A stretch of DNA of 64,000 bases from Theionarchaea archaeon. GTDB lineage: Archaea; Methanobacteriota_B; Thermococci; Methanofastidiosales; SZ-28-30. The stretch lies in assembly GCA_018992685.1 (NCBI GenBank), contig JACVGT010000003.1:156585-220584 (forward strand), in the 5' to 3' direction. The notes beneath the pieces are model-generated. The model was not told where the DNA came from, did no database searches, and saw nothing but the letters and a program-made list of their open reading frames with translations. How positions within the stretch are numbered: the stretch's first letter is position 1; each line of letters opens with the position of its first letter. Of this stretch, positions 31,144-41,550 are shown in pieces. The position numbers and the translations under genes are program-made.

Positions 31144-31509
31144 ATGAAACCAGTCTACACAGAGAAAGCACCAAAACCAGTGGGTCCGTACTCACAGGCC
31201 GTGAAGAGCAACGGATTCCTGTTCGTTTCGGGGCAATTAGGAGTGGACGTCAAAGGAATCACGACGGATACCATAGAAGGTCAGACAGAGCAATGTATCC
31301 TCAACATACGAAACATTCTTGAACAGGAGGGATTGTCACTGGAGAAAGTAGTCAAGGCTACTGTCTACCTTGCGGATATGAATGATTTTCAGAAGATGAA
31401 CTCTGTTTATGAGAAATATTTTACAGGAAAGCCTGCGCGAGCTGCTGTAGGAGTCTCTTTGCTGAAGAACTTCAAGGTTGAGATCGAGGTTGTAGCAACC
31501 TATCAATAA
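31144..31509 (+). CDS. ridA: RidA/YjgF family imine deaminase
   Basis: APKPVGPYSQAV, FVSGQL, VVKATVYLADMNDF..MN.VY, PARAAV, VEIEVVA. Confidence 0.93.
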   Translation: MKPVYTEKAPKPVGPYSQAVKSNGFLFVSGQLGVDVKGITTDTIEGQTEQCILNIRNILEQEGLSLEKVVKATVYLADMNDFQKMNSVYEKYFTGKPARAAVGVSLLKNFKVEIEVVATYQ

Positions 31510-31695
31510 TGGACCGGAGCACCTGCAGGAATATTCCTCACGTCCTCCTCCTTTTCATTTTTTGCGAACTGATCCTCCAGGGTTGATGACAAAGAGTTCT
31601 CTGGATACAATATGCTGGAGCGCTCTTGAGAAAACCCGTATATTTCCGGAACAATGCTTTTCAAGATCATCCCTAGTTGGACTACTGGTGGTATT

Positions 31696-32862
31696 GTGAA
31701 AGCTGCAGACCGAACTGAATCTGTTACGTATGCTATAGGAGATGTGGTAGTTCCTGCACGTGAGCTCCAGAGAAAGGGGGCTGACATCATGTGGCTGAAT
31801 TTGGGGGATCCTGACAAATTCGATTTTGACACACCACTTCATATCAAAGAGGCTGCTGTCAAAGCCATGAGTACATACAATGGATATGCAGACTCGGAAG
31901 GCCTTCCTGCATTGCGAGAGGCAGTTGCGTCCAGAGAAAAGAGGAAAAATGGTATTTCAGTTTCTAAAGAGGACGTTTTTATTACAAATGGGACTTCTGA
32001 AGCAATTCAGATGATCTATGGGGCGTTGCTCAATCCTGGAGATGAAATTCTGGTGCCAGGTCCGACATACCCCCCCTATACATCGCTGGCCCGGTTTTTT
32101 GATGCAGTTCCCGTCCCCTATGTGACCGTGGAGAAGGAGAACTGGTCCCCTGATATTGATGACATACGAAAGAGGCTGTCAGATAAGACACGGGCCATCC
32201 TGCTGATCAACCCCAATAATCCCACAGGTGCTCTCTACAGCAGAAAGTGTGTGGAAGCAATTGCTGGACTGGCAGCTGAGCATGGTGCTGTGGTGATTTC
32301 TGATGAGATATACGATACCATGACATTCGAGGAACAGCACTACAGCCCTTCCCGGGTTGAGGATGTGCCTGTTATTGTAATTGATGGAATGTCAAAGGCG
32401 TATCTCTCCACTGGATGGCGAGTGGGATGGACCGTATTCAATGATCACAACGGAATCCTGGCAGAGATCAAGGATGCCTGTGTGAAGCAACTGCGGCTGA
32501 GGATTAGTGCAAATTCAGTGATGCAGGAGGCCGCAGTTGCTGCCCTGAATGGCTCCCAGGATCACATAAAGAACGTTGCCGAGAAGCTCAAGGAACGGAG
32601 AGACTTCATGTACAAGAGGTTGAATGAGATCGAGGGCATAACAACCCAGAAGCCCATGGGGGCCTTTTATATCTTTCCGAAAGTGGACTGTGAGGATGAC
32701 AAGAGGTTTGTCCTCGATATCCTTGAGAATACACACGTTTTGTTTGTACACGGGTCGGGATTCGGCCCATATGGAAAGGGACATTTCCGATCAATTTTCC
32801 TCCCACCCATAGAAACCCTGGAAAAGGCCATGAATGCGGTGGAAACTTTCATGACACGATGA
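31696..32862 (+). CDS. Class I/II aminotransferase (alanine aminotransferase-like)
   Basis: V.YAI, LNLGDP, Y.DSEG, TNGTSE, INPNNPTGA, SDEIYD, GMSKAYLSTGWRVGW. Probable GTG start 31696. Confidence 0.9.
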   Translation: MKAADRTESVTYAIGDVVVPARELQRKGADIMWLNLGDPDKFDFDTPLHIKEAAVKAMSTYNGYADSEGLPALREAVASREKRKNGISVSKEDVFITNGTSEAIQMIYGALLNPGDEILVPGPTYPPYTSLARFFDAVPVPYVTVEKENWSPDIDDIRKRLSDKTRAILLINPNNPTGALYSRKCVEAIAGLAAEHGAVVISDEIYDTMTFEEQHYSPSRVEDVPVIVIDGMSKAYLSTGWRVGWTVFNDHNGILAEIKDACVKQLRLRISANSVMQEAAVAALNGSQDHIKNVAEKLKERRDFMYKRLNEIEGITTQKPMGAFYIFPKVDCEDDKRFVLDILENTHVLFVHGSGFGPYGKGHFRSIFLPPIETLEKAMNAVETFMTR

Positions 32863-33026
32863 TCGCAAGAGGAAGCCGCCTCTTCCCACATGTGAACACT
32901 GGGGGCAATGGTTTCAATTGAAATCGTCCATGGCCAGAAAAGAGTCGAAATCTCTATCAGATATGTGACAGGTCAAAAAGCCCTCGCTCTTAATTTCCTT
33001 TTCCAGGATATGCAGAACGCAGCAGG

Positions 33027-34085
33027 CTACATCCTCTTGTTCAGTATGTCACTGATTTCCCGTGTGGCTTTCAATCCACTCCCTGTCAACACGGCTGCCC
33101 GTGATTTTGAGGGGTCTACCTTTCTCAGAGCGGCCATCACAGACGCAGACGTGGGTTCAATGAACAATCCCAGGCTGACAGCTTTCTTCAGGCCTTCAGC
33201 TATTTCCTTTTCTGAAACAACCACAAGTTCCCCATTCTGCCGGACGATTTTCAGTATCTCCTGCAGTCGCGGCGGGTGTTCCACGAGCAATCCCTCGGCC
33301 ACAGACTTTTCACATGTCCTCTCTTTCTCATACAGTGCATTGTACACAGGTGAACACACTTCAGGCTGTACTCCCACCAGGTTGGGGATCCGCTCAATCA
33401 CATCAGACTCATACAGGTGCTTGAATCCCAAATAGGCTCCGTAATACAGCGAGCCTGACCCCACAGGTACAACCACGACATCAGGCACGTCCCAGTCGAG
33501 CTGCTCGCCAATCTCGTATGCAATTGTCTTCATTCCCTGTAGAAACCAGGGATTCCACTGGTGAGATGCATAGTACACAGTCTCAGCCCGTTTCAGTGCC
33601 TCCTTCCTGGTATCCTCGCGGGTTCCTTCAACCTTCCTCATGTCTGCCCCGAATGCTTCTATTTGAAAGACTTTCCCCTGCGAAGCATAGGCCGGGACGT
33701 AAATCTCAGCCGTGATTCCAGCTCTGGCAGCATATGCAGCAATGGAGGCACCCGCATTTCCTGAAGAATCCTCCACAATTCGAGGTATGTTGTGGCGGTG
33801 CAGGACAGACATCATCACTGTTGAACCTCTATCCTTGAAGGACCCGGTGGGAAAGAAGAAATCAAGTTTGTAATAACAGTTATCAATGAAAACGAAAGGA
33901 GTATGTCCTTCGTCAAAGGATACACGTTTTTCCGTGCCCAAGTAGGGCTGATAACGCCACAGTGATGATCCCTTCAGCTCTCTAACATCAAACTGCTGTT
34001 CTTCTAGTACCTCTACAGGGCCTCCACAGACACACTTCCAAGCAGTCTCTTCCACTTCGTGACCGCATCGAGAACACACAATCAT
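33027..34085 (-). CDS. Threonine-synthase-like PLP enzyme, paralog 2
   Basis: CSRC...[49 protein letters not shown]-coupled to tfb. Confidence 0.85.
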   Translation of the reverse strand: MIVCSRCGHEVEETAWKCVCGGPVEVLEEQQFDVRELKGSSLWRYQPYLGTEKRVSFDEGHTPFVFIDNCYYKLDFFFPTGSFKDRGSTVMMSVLHRHNIPRIVEDSSGNAGASIAAYAARAGITAEIYVPAYASQGKVFQIEAFGADMRKVEGTREDTRKEALKRAETVYYASHQWNPWFLQGMKTIAYEIGEQLDWDVPDVVVVPVGSGSLYYGAYLGFKHLYESDVIERIPNLVGVQPEVCSPVYNALYEKERTCEKSVAEGLLVEHPPRLQEILKIVRQNGELVVVSEKEIAEGLKKAVSLGLFIEPTSASVMAALRKVDPSKSRAAVLTGSGLKATREISDILNKRM

Positions 34086-34987
34086 ACATCCACGTCCAGG
34101 CCCAGCTTGTCCTGAAAGTCTTTATACCTGTTCCGCACGGTCACCTCCGTCACTTTGGCAATCTCTGACACTTCCCTCTGTGTCTTCCTCTCGTCATGTT
34201 CAATACTTGAAATATACAAAGCAGCAGCCGCAGCACCCATGGGTCCCTTTCCAGACGTGAGACCCAAATCCATTGCCTGCTTCAGAATTTCTACAGCCCT
34301 TCTCTGGACCTGTGCAGAAACTCCCAGTTCAGAAGCAAACCGAGGAATGTAATCCAGTGGGTTGGTAGGTGGGAGCCTGATACCTAGCTCTCTCATAATG
34401 TATCGGTAACTACGTCCAATTTCCTTCTTTTCCACCCGTGCATACTCAGCAATTTCATCCAGGGTTCTGGGCACCTTGCACTTCCTGCACGATGCATACA
34501 GACATCCTGCTGTTACTCCTTCAATGCTTCTCCCTCTTACTAATCCCTCTTCAATTGCGCGCCTATACAGAATAGCTGCCGCCTCCCTGATATTCTTGGG
34601 AAGCTGCATGTGGGAGGATAGCCGGTTTAGTTCAGTCAAAGCGAAAGCCAAATTACGAGACATGGCATCAGAGACCCTAATCCTCCGCTGCCACTTACGC
34701 ATCCTGTAAATCTGAGCTCTTTTTCCAGGGTTTAAATCTCTTCCATGGATGTCTCTATCTCTCCAGTCGATATCAGTAGACAACCCCTTATCATGGATCA
34801 TGTAAGTCATTGGGGCTCCGGTACGTTCTCTTTTGTCTCTCTGTTCAGAATCAAAAGCACGCCATTCAGGACCTGAATCCAGCAAGGTTTCCTTCACAAC
34901 CAGCCCACATTCAGAACAGATTACCTCAGCCCTATCATAATCGTGGTAGAGGTTAATACTACCACATTCGGGACATTGGTCATTCAT
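34082..34987 (-). CDS. tfb: Transcription initiation factor IIB (TFB)
   Basis: CPECGS zinc ribbon, GPEWRAF, HDKGLST, two cyclin repeats (RGRSIEG; TSGKGP), [11 protein letters not shown]. Confidence 0.98.
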   Translation of the reverse strand: MNDQCPECGSINLYHDYDRAEVICSECGLVVKETLLDSGPEWRAFDSEQRDKRERTGAPMTYMIHDKGLSTDIDWRDRDIHGRDLNPGKRAQIYRMRKWQRRIRVSDAMSRNLAFALTELNRLSSHMQLPKNIREAAAILYRRAIEEGLVRGRSIEGVTAGCLYASCRKCKVPRTLDEIAEYARVEKKEIGRSYRYIMRELGIRLPPTNPLDYIPRFASELGVSAQVQRRAVEILKQAMDLGLTSGKGPMGAAAAALYISSIEHDERKTQREVSEIAKVTEVTVRNRYKDFQDKLGLDVDV

Positions 34988-35177
34988 GGTTTCTCCCTCT
35001 CTCTCGGAAAAAAGGTAACACCTTGATCAGACCTTCTAGTATTGCCTGTTTAAATAACTTTCGCTCTATGGTGCAGTGATGCAACTGATTCTGGTAAACA
35101 GAGCTGAAAAAGAAAAGGACACCTTCCATTATTTATTACTCTCAGTGATAAAATACATTTTAAAGGTGGGGTAAGAA

Positions 35178-36506
35178 ATGGATAGCATGACACTGGTACA
35201 CCTTGGTATTGACAGCACTGATTCATTGACCAAAGGGATGTGCACCAGCTACCTGGGTACAGTACTTGCTAAGAGAGTTCTCCGCGCTGGCGCTGTTTTG
35301 GCTGATTATCCCAATTTAATACGCCTGAACCCAAACATCCCGTATAAGACCAGGGGGAATGGGGCTGTAGTCCTGCGGTTGGAGGTTCCAGATTCCCAGG
35401 TTCGAGACATGGTGGAATATGCTCAGGAGACGGTAGAGGAACTTGCAGTGTTTTCTGATCCACAGACCAATCCGGGCATTGCTGTTCTGAAAGGAAGGGT
35501 TCCAGATGTCTTACATCACTTTTATGAAAGAGCGTTGCACCGGCTCCTCACAGTAAGGGAGGCCTACAGCACAGCAGAGAAGGCAGGAGCTTTTCTCAAA
35601 GGGTATAAGAATAGGAGAGGCGTTGTGGGGGCACTGGCGGGCGTTGGTGAGCCATTGCTGCACGATCACACGTTCGAACTACTGGTGTACAGGAAAGAGG
35701 AGAACTGGGGAAAAGATAGGCACATAAATGAAGAATCAGTTATTAGAATGGATAAGACAGTTGACGATGTTTTTTTTAACTATGATAACGAGGAGAAAAC
35801 GGTATGTATAGCCCCACACACGGTATGCCCTGTGCTTGCGGGTATCAGGGGGGAATCGGCAGAAAGCGTGTTGCGGGGACTTTCCATGATAGACCTGGGA
35901 GAAGAGTTCACGGATTCTGTGATCTTCAGGACGAATCAGCACACTAATGTACACTTCGAAAGGGTCAGGACAGTGGCAGAGATTAGGGATTATAGTTCTG
36001 TCATTGTTGAAGGTACGGTATCTGGATATCCCATGATTATCCGCGGAGGGCATGTTTTCTTCGAGCTCGAGAACAATGGGGTGATCCGCTGCGCTGCCTT
36101 TGAACCCACCAAGAGCTTCCGGGAGGTCGTTCGTCGCTTGCAGGCAGGAGACACAATCCGGGCATATGGAGGCTGCAATCGTGGGGGAAAGAACAGGGTA
36201 AAGACCATCAATCTTGAACGGCTGGACATCATAGCAGTTAGGAATCATGTGTATTCCAATCCTATTTGTTCCTCATGTGGGAAATCAATGAGTTCTGAAG
36301 GAAAGGGGAAAGGGTTTCAGTGCAAACGATGCAAAGTCAGAAAGGTAGAAAAAGAACTCGTCAGGATTGAAAGAGAGATTTCACCAGGTTCTTATGAACC
36401 ACCACCATCAGCGTGGAGGCATCTGTACAAGATGCTGGGGAGAAAAAGGACAAACAAAGGAAAACCTGATGTGATAGAATCCTGGATACAAGTGCGGAAG
36501 GGTTAG
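35178..36506 (+). CDS. tiaS: tRNA(Ile2) agmatinylcytidine synthetase TiaS
   Basis: GIDSTDS..GMCTSY, LIRLNPNIPYKTRGNGA, PVLAGIRG, FRTNQHT, GGHVFF, AAFEPT, C-terminal zinc ribbon, RHL.K. Confidence 0.96.
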   Translation: MDSMTLVHLGIDSTDSLTKGMCTSYLGTVLAKRVLRAGAVLADYPNLIRLNPNIPYKTRGNGAVVLRLEVPDSQVRDMVEYAQETVEELAVFSDPQTNPGIAVLKGRVPDVLHHFYERALHRLLTVREAYSTAEKAGAFLKGYKNRRGVVGALAGVGEPLLHDHTFELLVYRKEENWGKDRHINEESVIRMDKTVDDVFFNYDNEEKTVCIAPHTVCPVLAGIRGESAESVLRGLSMIDLGEEFTDSVIFRTNQHTNVHFERVRTVAEIRDYSSVIVEGTVSGYPMIIRGGHVFFELENNGVIRCAAFEPTKSFREVVRRLQAGDTIRAYGGCNRGGKNRVKTINLERLDIIAVRNHVYSNPICSSCGKSMSSEGKGKGFQCKRCKVRKVEKELVRIEREISPGSYEPPPSAWRHLYKMLGRKRTNKGKPDVIESWIQVRKG

Positions 36507-36518
36507 TGACTCATGGAC

Positions 36519-38816
36519 TTATTGGAGTGCGGTCTCATATATCGTGAAGGCATTGGACAACTCATGCAGGATATCGCCAATCCACGTTCTTGCAGCTTTG
36601 AATGTGTTTTCCCGGTCACTTCCTGCTATGATAATGATCGTTTGTCCCTCAGAGAATACATTGTATTTAACAAAGACTTTTTGAGCTCCTTCTTCTTCCA
36701 AAGACGCTTTCTCTTCCTCTGTCAGGAGCAGGCTTACCACGTCGGTGACCACCCGTGCTTGATGTCCTCCCAGGATGACTAGGTGTTTTCGGGATTTCAG
36801 TGCTTCAAGGCACACGTGACATGAGCTCTTCTCCACAGGAAATCCCTGCCTGTGTAACATGCTAACCACGAACTCCCCCGCTTCTTCGTCAAAGGCATTG
36901 TTAACCACGGTGACAGGTTCAGTGACATCGTACACCAGGAACCCGTGATCTTCAACAGTAACCTCTCCCGGATTGTCAACAGTCTCTGGAGACGACAGGA
37001 ATGGATAGAACGTACCACTGGCCACTGGCCATCCCGTGTGCAGGCGGATCTCCTGGAGGTCTGGGGTACTGTCTGAAATTCCAGACAAGTTTAAAACTCT
37101 CAATATGAGCGTATTTTCCTTTACAAAGGGCAGGATAATTATTCTCTCTGCATCGACCTCAAAAATAGCGGGTATGTCCAGTGCTTCTAGAACGGCTGAG
37201 AAATCAGACGTGGCCTCTTCTCCATTTCCTCTCTCTTCTGGAATCCACCAGTCGTAAAAGGGCCGGACGTCACGATAGTACTCCATTCCCACGGGCGGAA
37301 CCATTACAGCGTATTCAGGTAGTGGATTGACGGTTCGTTCTTCCCCCCATTCATCATATTGACCCGCCTCTCCCGTTGCCACAACCTGACCTCCCTGTTC
37401 CACAAATGCTTTCACCTTCTCAATATCTGTATCTCCCATGCAGGCTGTATTGGGTAGTATCACTGTATGGAACGCATCCAGATCATCGAGCGAGAAGAGA
37501 ACCTTGTAGGGAACATTGAATTCCAGAAGCATCATGGATATTCCCATGAACTCAGTGTAAAAGTCTCCTTCATACTCATGCTGGTAGAAATCAATGGTGC
37601 CCTTAGAGTAGTACACTCCCACATTCGCCCACATCTCTGGACCGTGGTAATACTCAGCATACTGATCAATCCAGGCGAAGATCTTCTTCTGCTGGGTCAG
37701 ATCAGCTGTCCCAGACATGTATGGTGCTTTTGTGTCGTAGAAATTGCACCCTGCAGTCAGGACAGAGGCAGAAAGCATTCTTTGACCTTCACCATCAGAG
37801 GAATACGCCAGAATCCATGACGGGTGGTCTGTGTCCAGTCCTCTGTAAAAAAGATAGGTGGCCAAGTCCCTCAGATAGTTGTAATAATCATGTGTTTTCT
37901 CACTATATGACGCTGCAGGATATTCATGCGCCAGACAGTCTGTAACCCTTCTCAGGAGGACAGGGCTCCACGCCTCCCTCACACTTCCCACGTCAATGCC
38001 GTGCCAGTGTTCTACAATGAGTTCGCACACAGGATTGACTGCCTTTATGGCATCGTTCAATTCTTTGATGAAGCTGGTGATAACATTCTGTCTCCATAGA
38101 ATCCAGGTTTTCCAGGTCTTATCATCCCAGTCAACAGTATCAGGAAGCCTTGATCCTGTATCTTCTCTGAATTTCCGTCTGCAGTCTTCACAGTGGCAGG
38201 CCCAGTTGTCTTCCCAGTCTCCGAAATCACAGAGGAATTTGGGAATGTCAACCCAGATGCCGTCAATGCCAGTACCAGCCAGCCTCCTGAAATTGGATTT
38301 GACTATCTGGCTGTATTCAGGGTCATTGGGACACAGCCATACATCCTCATCAACCTCACCCACCCAGAAGGCTACATCCCCGTAGAAGACTGCTTTCCTT
38401 CCGTCCATGCCTACCTGCAGCCACTCGGGGTGGTCTGTGTAGATACTGTGGGTTCCCTCGTCGGCTGCACCATCTTTGTTGCGATCAACGTCAGGAGTGA
38501 CGATTTCCAGGGGCCCCTGGTAGATGATTAATGCCATATCAGGGTAGTTTTCATGAAGGTATGCGGAGGCCTTCTCGAGAAACTGAAGGTCAGATGACCA
38601 GTCCCCCTCCAGCAGGGGATCTGAAACCCAGGTTAAAATGACTGACTGACCCCCCTCATGAAGTTCATCAATAGTCTCTGTCATTTCCTGGTCTGTCATA
38701 TCTGGCCAGAGGACGCCTCCTGCAATACGTGCTGAATCAATCCAGGATTGCTGGGTTGCTGCTGGTATCAATGATACAAGTAAGAAGATGATGATCAGGC
38801 ACGATGCTCGTCTCAT
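36519..38816 (-). CDS. Secreted glycoside-hydrolase-like TIM-barrel protein with GH42-type trimerisation domain and S-layer-like C-terminal domain
   Basis: Signal peptide. HPEWLQ, LCPN.P.Y, GIDGIWVD, CHCEDCRRKF. VILPNTACM...FVEQGG.VVATG. C-terminal LVILGG...IIIAGSDRENT. Confidence 0.7.
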   Translation of the reverse strand: MRRASCLIIIFLLVSLIPAATQQSWIDSARIAGGVLWPDMTDQEMTETIDELHEGGQSVILTWVSDPLLEGDWSSDLQFLEKASAYLHENYPDMALIIYQGPLEIVTPDVDRNKDGAADEGTHSIYTDHPEWLQVGMDGRKAVFYGDVAFWVGEVDEDVWLCPNDPEYSQIVKSNFRRLAGTGIDGIWVDIPKFLCDFGDWEDNWACHCEDCRRKFREDTGSRLPDTVDWDDKTWKTWILWRQNVITSFIKELNDAIKAVNPVCELIVEHWHGIDVGSVREAWSPVLLRRVTDCLAHEYPAASYSEKTHDYYNYLRDLATYLFYRGLDTDHPSWILAYSSDGEGQRMLSASVLTAGCNFYDTKAPYMSGTADLTQQKKIFAWIDQYAEYYHGPEMWANVGVYYSKGTIDFYQHEYEGDFYTEFMGISMMLLEFNVPYKVLFSLDDLDAFHTVILPNTACMGDTDIEKVKAFVEQGGQVVATGEAGQYDEWGEERTVNPLPEYAVMVPPVGMEYYRDVRPFYDWWIPEERGNGEEATSDFSAVLEALDIPAIFEVDAERIIILPFVKENTLILRVLNLSGISDSTPDLQEIRLHTGWPVASGTFYPFLSSPETVDNPGEVTVEDHGFLVYDVTEPVTVVNNAFDEEAGEFVVSMLHRQGFPVEKSSCHVCLEALKSRKHLVILGGHQARVVTDVVSLLLTEEEKASLEEEGAQKVFVKYNVFSEGQTIIIIAGSDRENTFKAARTWIGDILHELSNAFTIYETALQ

Positions 38817-39164
38817 GATCTATGTGACCTGTCCATTGATATAAGTCTATGGTGACGTTGTCAGAAGATGAAATCCGGCACTATCTCATCGCAAAGTAGA
38901 GTTCAAAAGGGAAGTCACAAAAGTATCTGAGTACGTAGAATGAAGGCTTCGGGAAAGAGATTACCAAAATCAATTCCTTAGATTGGCAAAATACCCATGC
39001 AGTGCGTTTTAACACCTTTTTGATGTTATCTGCTAGCTCATTCAATTCGTTCTTTGAAAATTCTTCTACATTTCCACTGGCACACTAGTATGCACAATCC
39101 TGCAGCAGCTGGAATTGATATTAAAAACACAAAGCTTTTATAAATTAGTTACAATATGAGAGTG

Positions 39165-39413
39165 ATGGATGATAAATTAGGCGAAGAGATTATCAGAAAG
39201 CTTGAGATGCTAATCAGGATAACAGCAATCAGTGCAGTCAGGGACGAAAGCCTTGAAGACAAGATAAGGATACTATCAACTGCTGGGCTCAAGAATACAG
39301 AAATCGCTGATATATTAGGGAAGAGTCAGTCGAACATAGGAGTAAGGCTTTCGATGATCAGAAAGAAAAAGGCAAAAATCGTCGAAAATGAGTGTGAAGA
39401 ATCTCAACAATGA
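39165..39413 (+). CDS. Small coiled-coil + HTH protein (array member 1)
   Basis: EEIIRKLEMLIRI helix, KIRILSTAGLKNTEIADILGKSQSNIGVRL HTH. TTTTATAA at 39136-39143 suggests a leaderless start at ATG 39165. Confidence 0.78.
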   Translation: MDDKLGEEIIRKLEMLIRITAISAVRDESLEDKIRILSTAGLKNTEIADILGKSQSNIGVRLSMIRKKKAKIVENECEESQQ

Positions 39414-39488
39414 AAATCCAAAATCAGATTGCCGAAAATCAAGATACCAAAGGAAATGTTCTAAATGGGCCCGATATATGGGTTGACA

Positions 39489-40316
39489 TCATGATATACT
39501 CAATTTGCTGTATGCAAAGAGTATTCTCGCTGTGTCAGTCCCATCAATTACGCAATAATAGAGTTTCATATTCTTGCTTCCGCTAAGATTGGAAACGCAT
39601 GTCTCTAGTAGTTTTATGACATCCGTATCTATCTCTCCAACATGCTGAACTACAAACAATTCTGCTGGTTCTGTCATAAGTCTCAATACCTGATTTCCTC
39701 TCTTTCCACATTTGTCTATTGTGAGTTTTCTTACAGAGGGACCTTTAAGAAGAAAAGCTGTGCTTATTCTTTTCCCTCTTAAAATGATGCGAGAAGAATA
39801 GAGATCACTTCTTTCACCTCCCCAATCCTCAGGGATGAATTTCTCCCCAATAATGGAGGCCAATGATTCTTTTAATTTTCTTTCACTCATTTTCACAGGG
39901 ACAAAATCTTTGACAGCCTTAGGATTAACATTCCTGACTTTCCTAAAGGAATCAATGTCATCAACATATACTCTTTCACAAGAGGTTGAAATATCCGAAG
40001 ATTTCGATATTTTCGCCTTTCTCTTGATTTCTTTCAGAACAGGTTCGAATTCATAATTCAGTCTGGTCAGGAGATCTACCAATAGTCTTCTCTTGGTTGT
40101 TGTGGTGTTGATTCTGAAAAAATCGGTCTTGATCTTGTTCATTTCCCTGATGAAGGTCTCTTCATCCGGAATGCGTGAATTCTCCTCTACCCAAGACAAA
40201 TAGACTTGAGAAGCTCTGATCGGAAAATCATCACTTGGTTCCAAACCTTCTGCTCTTATAAAATCCATGACAAGAGAAAGTATCCTTTTCTTCTTGCTCT
40301 TAGAAATAACTGGCAT
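39489..40316 (-). CDS. Predicted restriction-endonuclease-fold (PD-(D/E)XK-like) nuclease with helical N-terminal domain
   Basis: C-terminal domain SE..LKE...DWGGERSDLY...TAFLLKG...GNQVLRL...FVVQH...YCVIDG.D.ARIL has the helix-E / beta-D / beta-K / helix-Q layout of Mrr-like nucleases. Assigned by eye. Confidence 0.55.
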   Translation of the reverse strand: MPVISKSKKKRILSLVMDFIRAEGLEPSDDFPIRASQVYLSWVEENSRIPDEETFIREMNKIKTDFFRINTTTTKRRLLVDLLTRLNYEFEPVLKEIKRKAKISKSSDISTSCERVYVDDIDSFRKVRNVNPKAVKDFVPVKMSERKLKESLASIIGEKFIPEDWGGERSDLYSSRIILRGKRISTAFLLKGPSVRKLTIDKCGKRGNQVLRLMTEPAELFVVQHVGEIDTDVIKLLETCVSNLSGSKNMKLYYCVIDGTDTARILFAYSKLSIS

Positions 40317-40325
40317 CCAATCCCC

Positions 40326-40709
40326 TTACATATCGTTTATTCCGAATTCTTGCTTCAGGATTCGGCTGATCCCAAGAATTCTATCCACCTTTCTTTTCCT
40401 GTAAATGCGATGGCCTTCACTCGTTAATTTCCATAATTCAATTAGCCCTTCATTCTTCAGGCTGGTCAATTCCCGGGATACGTTGGATTCTTTCATTTGA
40501 AGAAGCTCCGTGATATCATCAACCGTTCTTTTTTCATTTACAGCTAAAAAGACCTCAGCTTTCCTTTTTGATTTTCCAAAAAAGCTCATGATCTCAGCCA
40601 GTATGTTGTCTTTATTTGCTTTTGTAAGCAGTTCCATCGAGCAATCTATAGCTTCCAGATGCCATTTTATTTCTCTAATGTCTCTCGTGGCTTCATCGCT
40701 CTCAACCAT
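40326..40709 (-). CDS. Coiled-coil + winged-HTH protein (array member 2)
   Basis: IREIKWHLEAID helix, KRKAEVFLAVNEKRTVDDITELLQMKESNVSRELTSLKNEGLI. ATG 40709 just after the upstream stop. Confidence 0.8.
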   Translation of the reverse strand: MVESDEATRDIREIKWHLEAIDCSMELLTKANKDNILAEIMSFFGKSKRKAEVFLAVNEKRTVDDITELLQMKESNVSRELTSLKNEGLIELWKLTSEGHRIYRKRKVDRILGISRILKQEFGINDM

Positions 40710-40713
40710 TTCA

Positions 40714-41028
40714 TCACTTCCCAATCGGAAATATCTTTTTATAGAATTTGCCACCAGGTTTGTCAACTTCATAGATAATGCCCAGTTCTTCCCATTCCGC
40801 TAGGATTGGTGACAAAGTTCCACTAGTGACACCTATGATGTCTGCTATTTCATTTACGCTATGAGCCCCATCACATGCATTGTACCCCCTGATGTAATTT
40901 TGCTTCAAATTATTCCGCTTTCCATGCACAACAATTTCTCTCACTTCATCTTCGTCGAAGGCAATTCTTCTTAGAAGGGAAATTATGATCTCATTTTGTT
41001 CGATGATCTTTTCTAGTTCCTGTTTCAT
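40714..41028 (-). CDS. Coiled-coil + winged-HTH protein (array member 3)
   Basis: LEKIIEQNEIIISLL, YNACDGAHSVNEIADIIGVTSGTLSPILAEWEELGII. ATG 41028 follows GAAGGTG (alternative start 41067). Confidence 0.8.
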   Translation of the reverse strand: MKQELEKIIEQNEIIISLLRRIAFDEDEVREIVVHGKRNNLKQNYIRGYNACDGAHSVNEIADIIGVTSGTLSPILAEWEELGIIYEVDKPGGKFYKKIFPIGK

Positions 41029-41063
41029 GCTAACACCTTCAGGTTTCTGACGTTGAACGTGGT

Positions 41064-41177
41064 TCATAGATGCCTCTTATTCTTCCTCATCTCTAGATCC
41101 CTGGTTGCTCGTCTCAGCAAGAACTCTTCCTCATGCTCTAGCAATCTCTTGAAGACATCTTCATTCTTCTTGCTCAT
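41064..41177 (-). CDS. Unannotated 37-aa charged helical peptide inside the wHTH operon
   Basis: MSKKNEDVFKRLLEHEEEFLLRRATRDLEMRKNKRHL*. Start overlaps the upstream gene end. Stop forms ATGA with ATG 41067. Confidence 0.55.
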   Translation of the reverse strand: MSKKNEDVFKRLLEHEEEFLLRRATRDLEMRKNKRHL

Positions 41178-41550
41178 TCACATCAACTTCCTCTACGATT
41201 TCTTCATTCTTCTTTTCAGCCGATTCGGTCTCCGGGGGCTGTATGCCTACTTCTTCCAATGAAAAGACCTTACGATATCTCTTCTTGTAATCTGGATGAA
41301 TTTCCATTATACCCATAGCACACCATTTTTTCCAATGATTTCTCACAGTTTTTGACGCAACACCTGCAATCTTTGCAATTTCAGGGCTGCTTCTACCATC
41401 ACTTAATTCATATATGAGTTTTTTGGAAATATCATCTAGCTCTGATTCCAGAATCACTTTGACGTTCTGCATGCCCTGAAATTTCGTCCACTTTAGGATT
41501 TCTTCTAACACTTCCAGGAGCTTCCTGCTGGATTCCACCTCCTCCTTCAC
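41161..41550 (-). CDS. Coiled-coil + winged-HTH protein with acidic tail (array member 4)
   Basis: LLEVLEEILKW, KKLIYELSDGRSSPEIAKIAGVASKTVRNHWKKW..MGIM. GTG start overlaps the upstream TAG. Confidence 0.8.
   Translation of the reverse strand: MKEEVESSRKLLEVLEEILKWTKFQGMQNVKVILESELDDISKKLIYELSDGRSSPEIAKIAGVASKTVRNHWKKWCAMGIMEIHPDYKKRYRKVFSLEEVGIQPPETESAEKKNEEIVEEVDVNEQEE

Noticed and set aside
38881-39084. Start-less minus-strand frame (…NVEEFSKNELNELADNIKKVLKR…) at the island's left edge
   Set aside because: May be a gene remnant, but it has no 5' start, RBS or recognisable motif. Not supportable as a feature.
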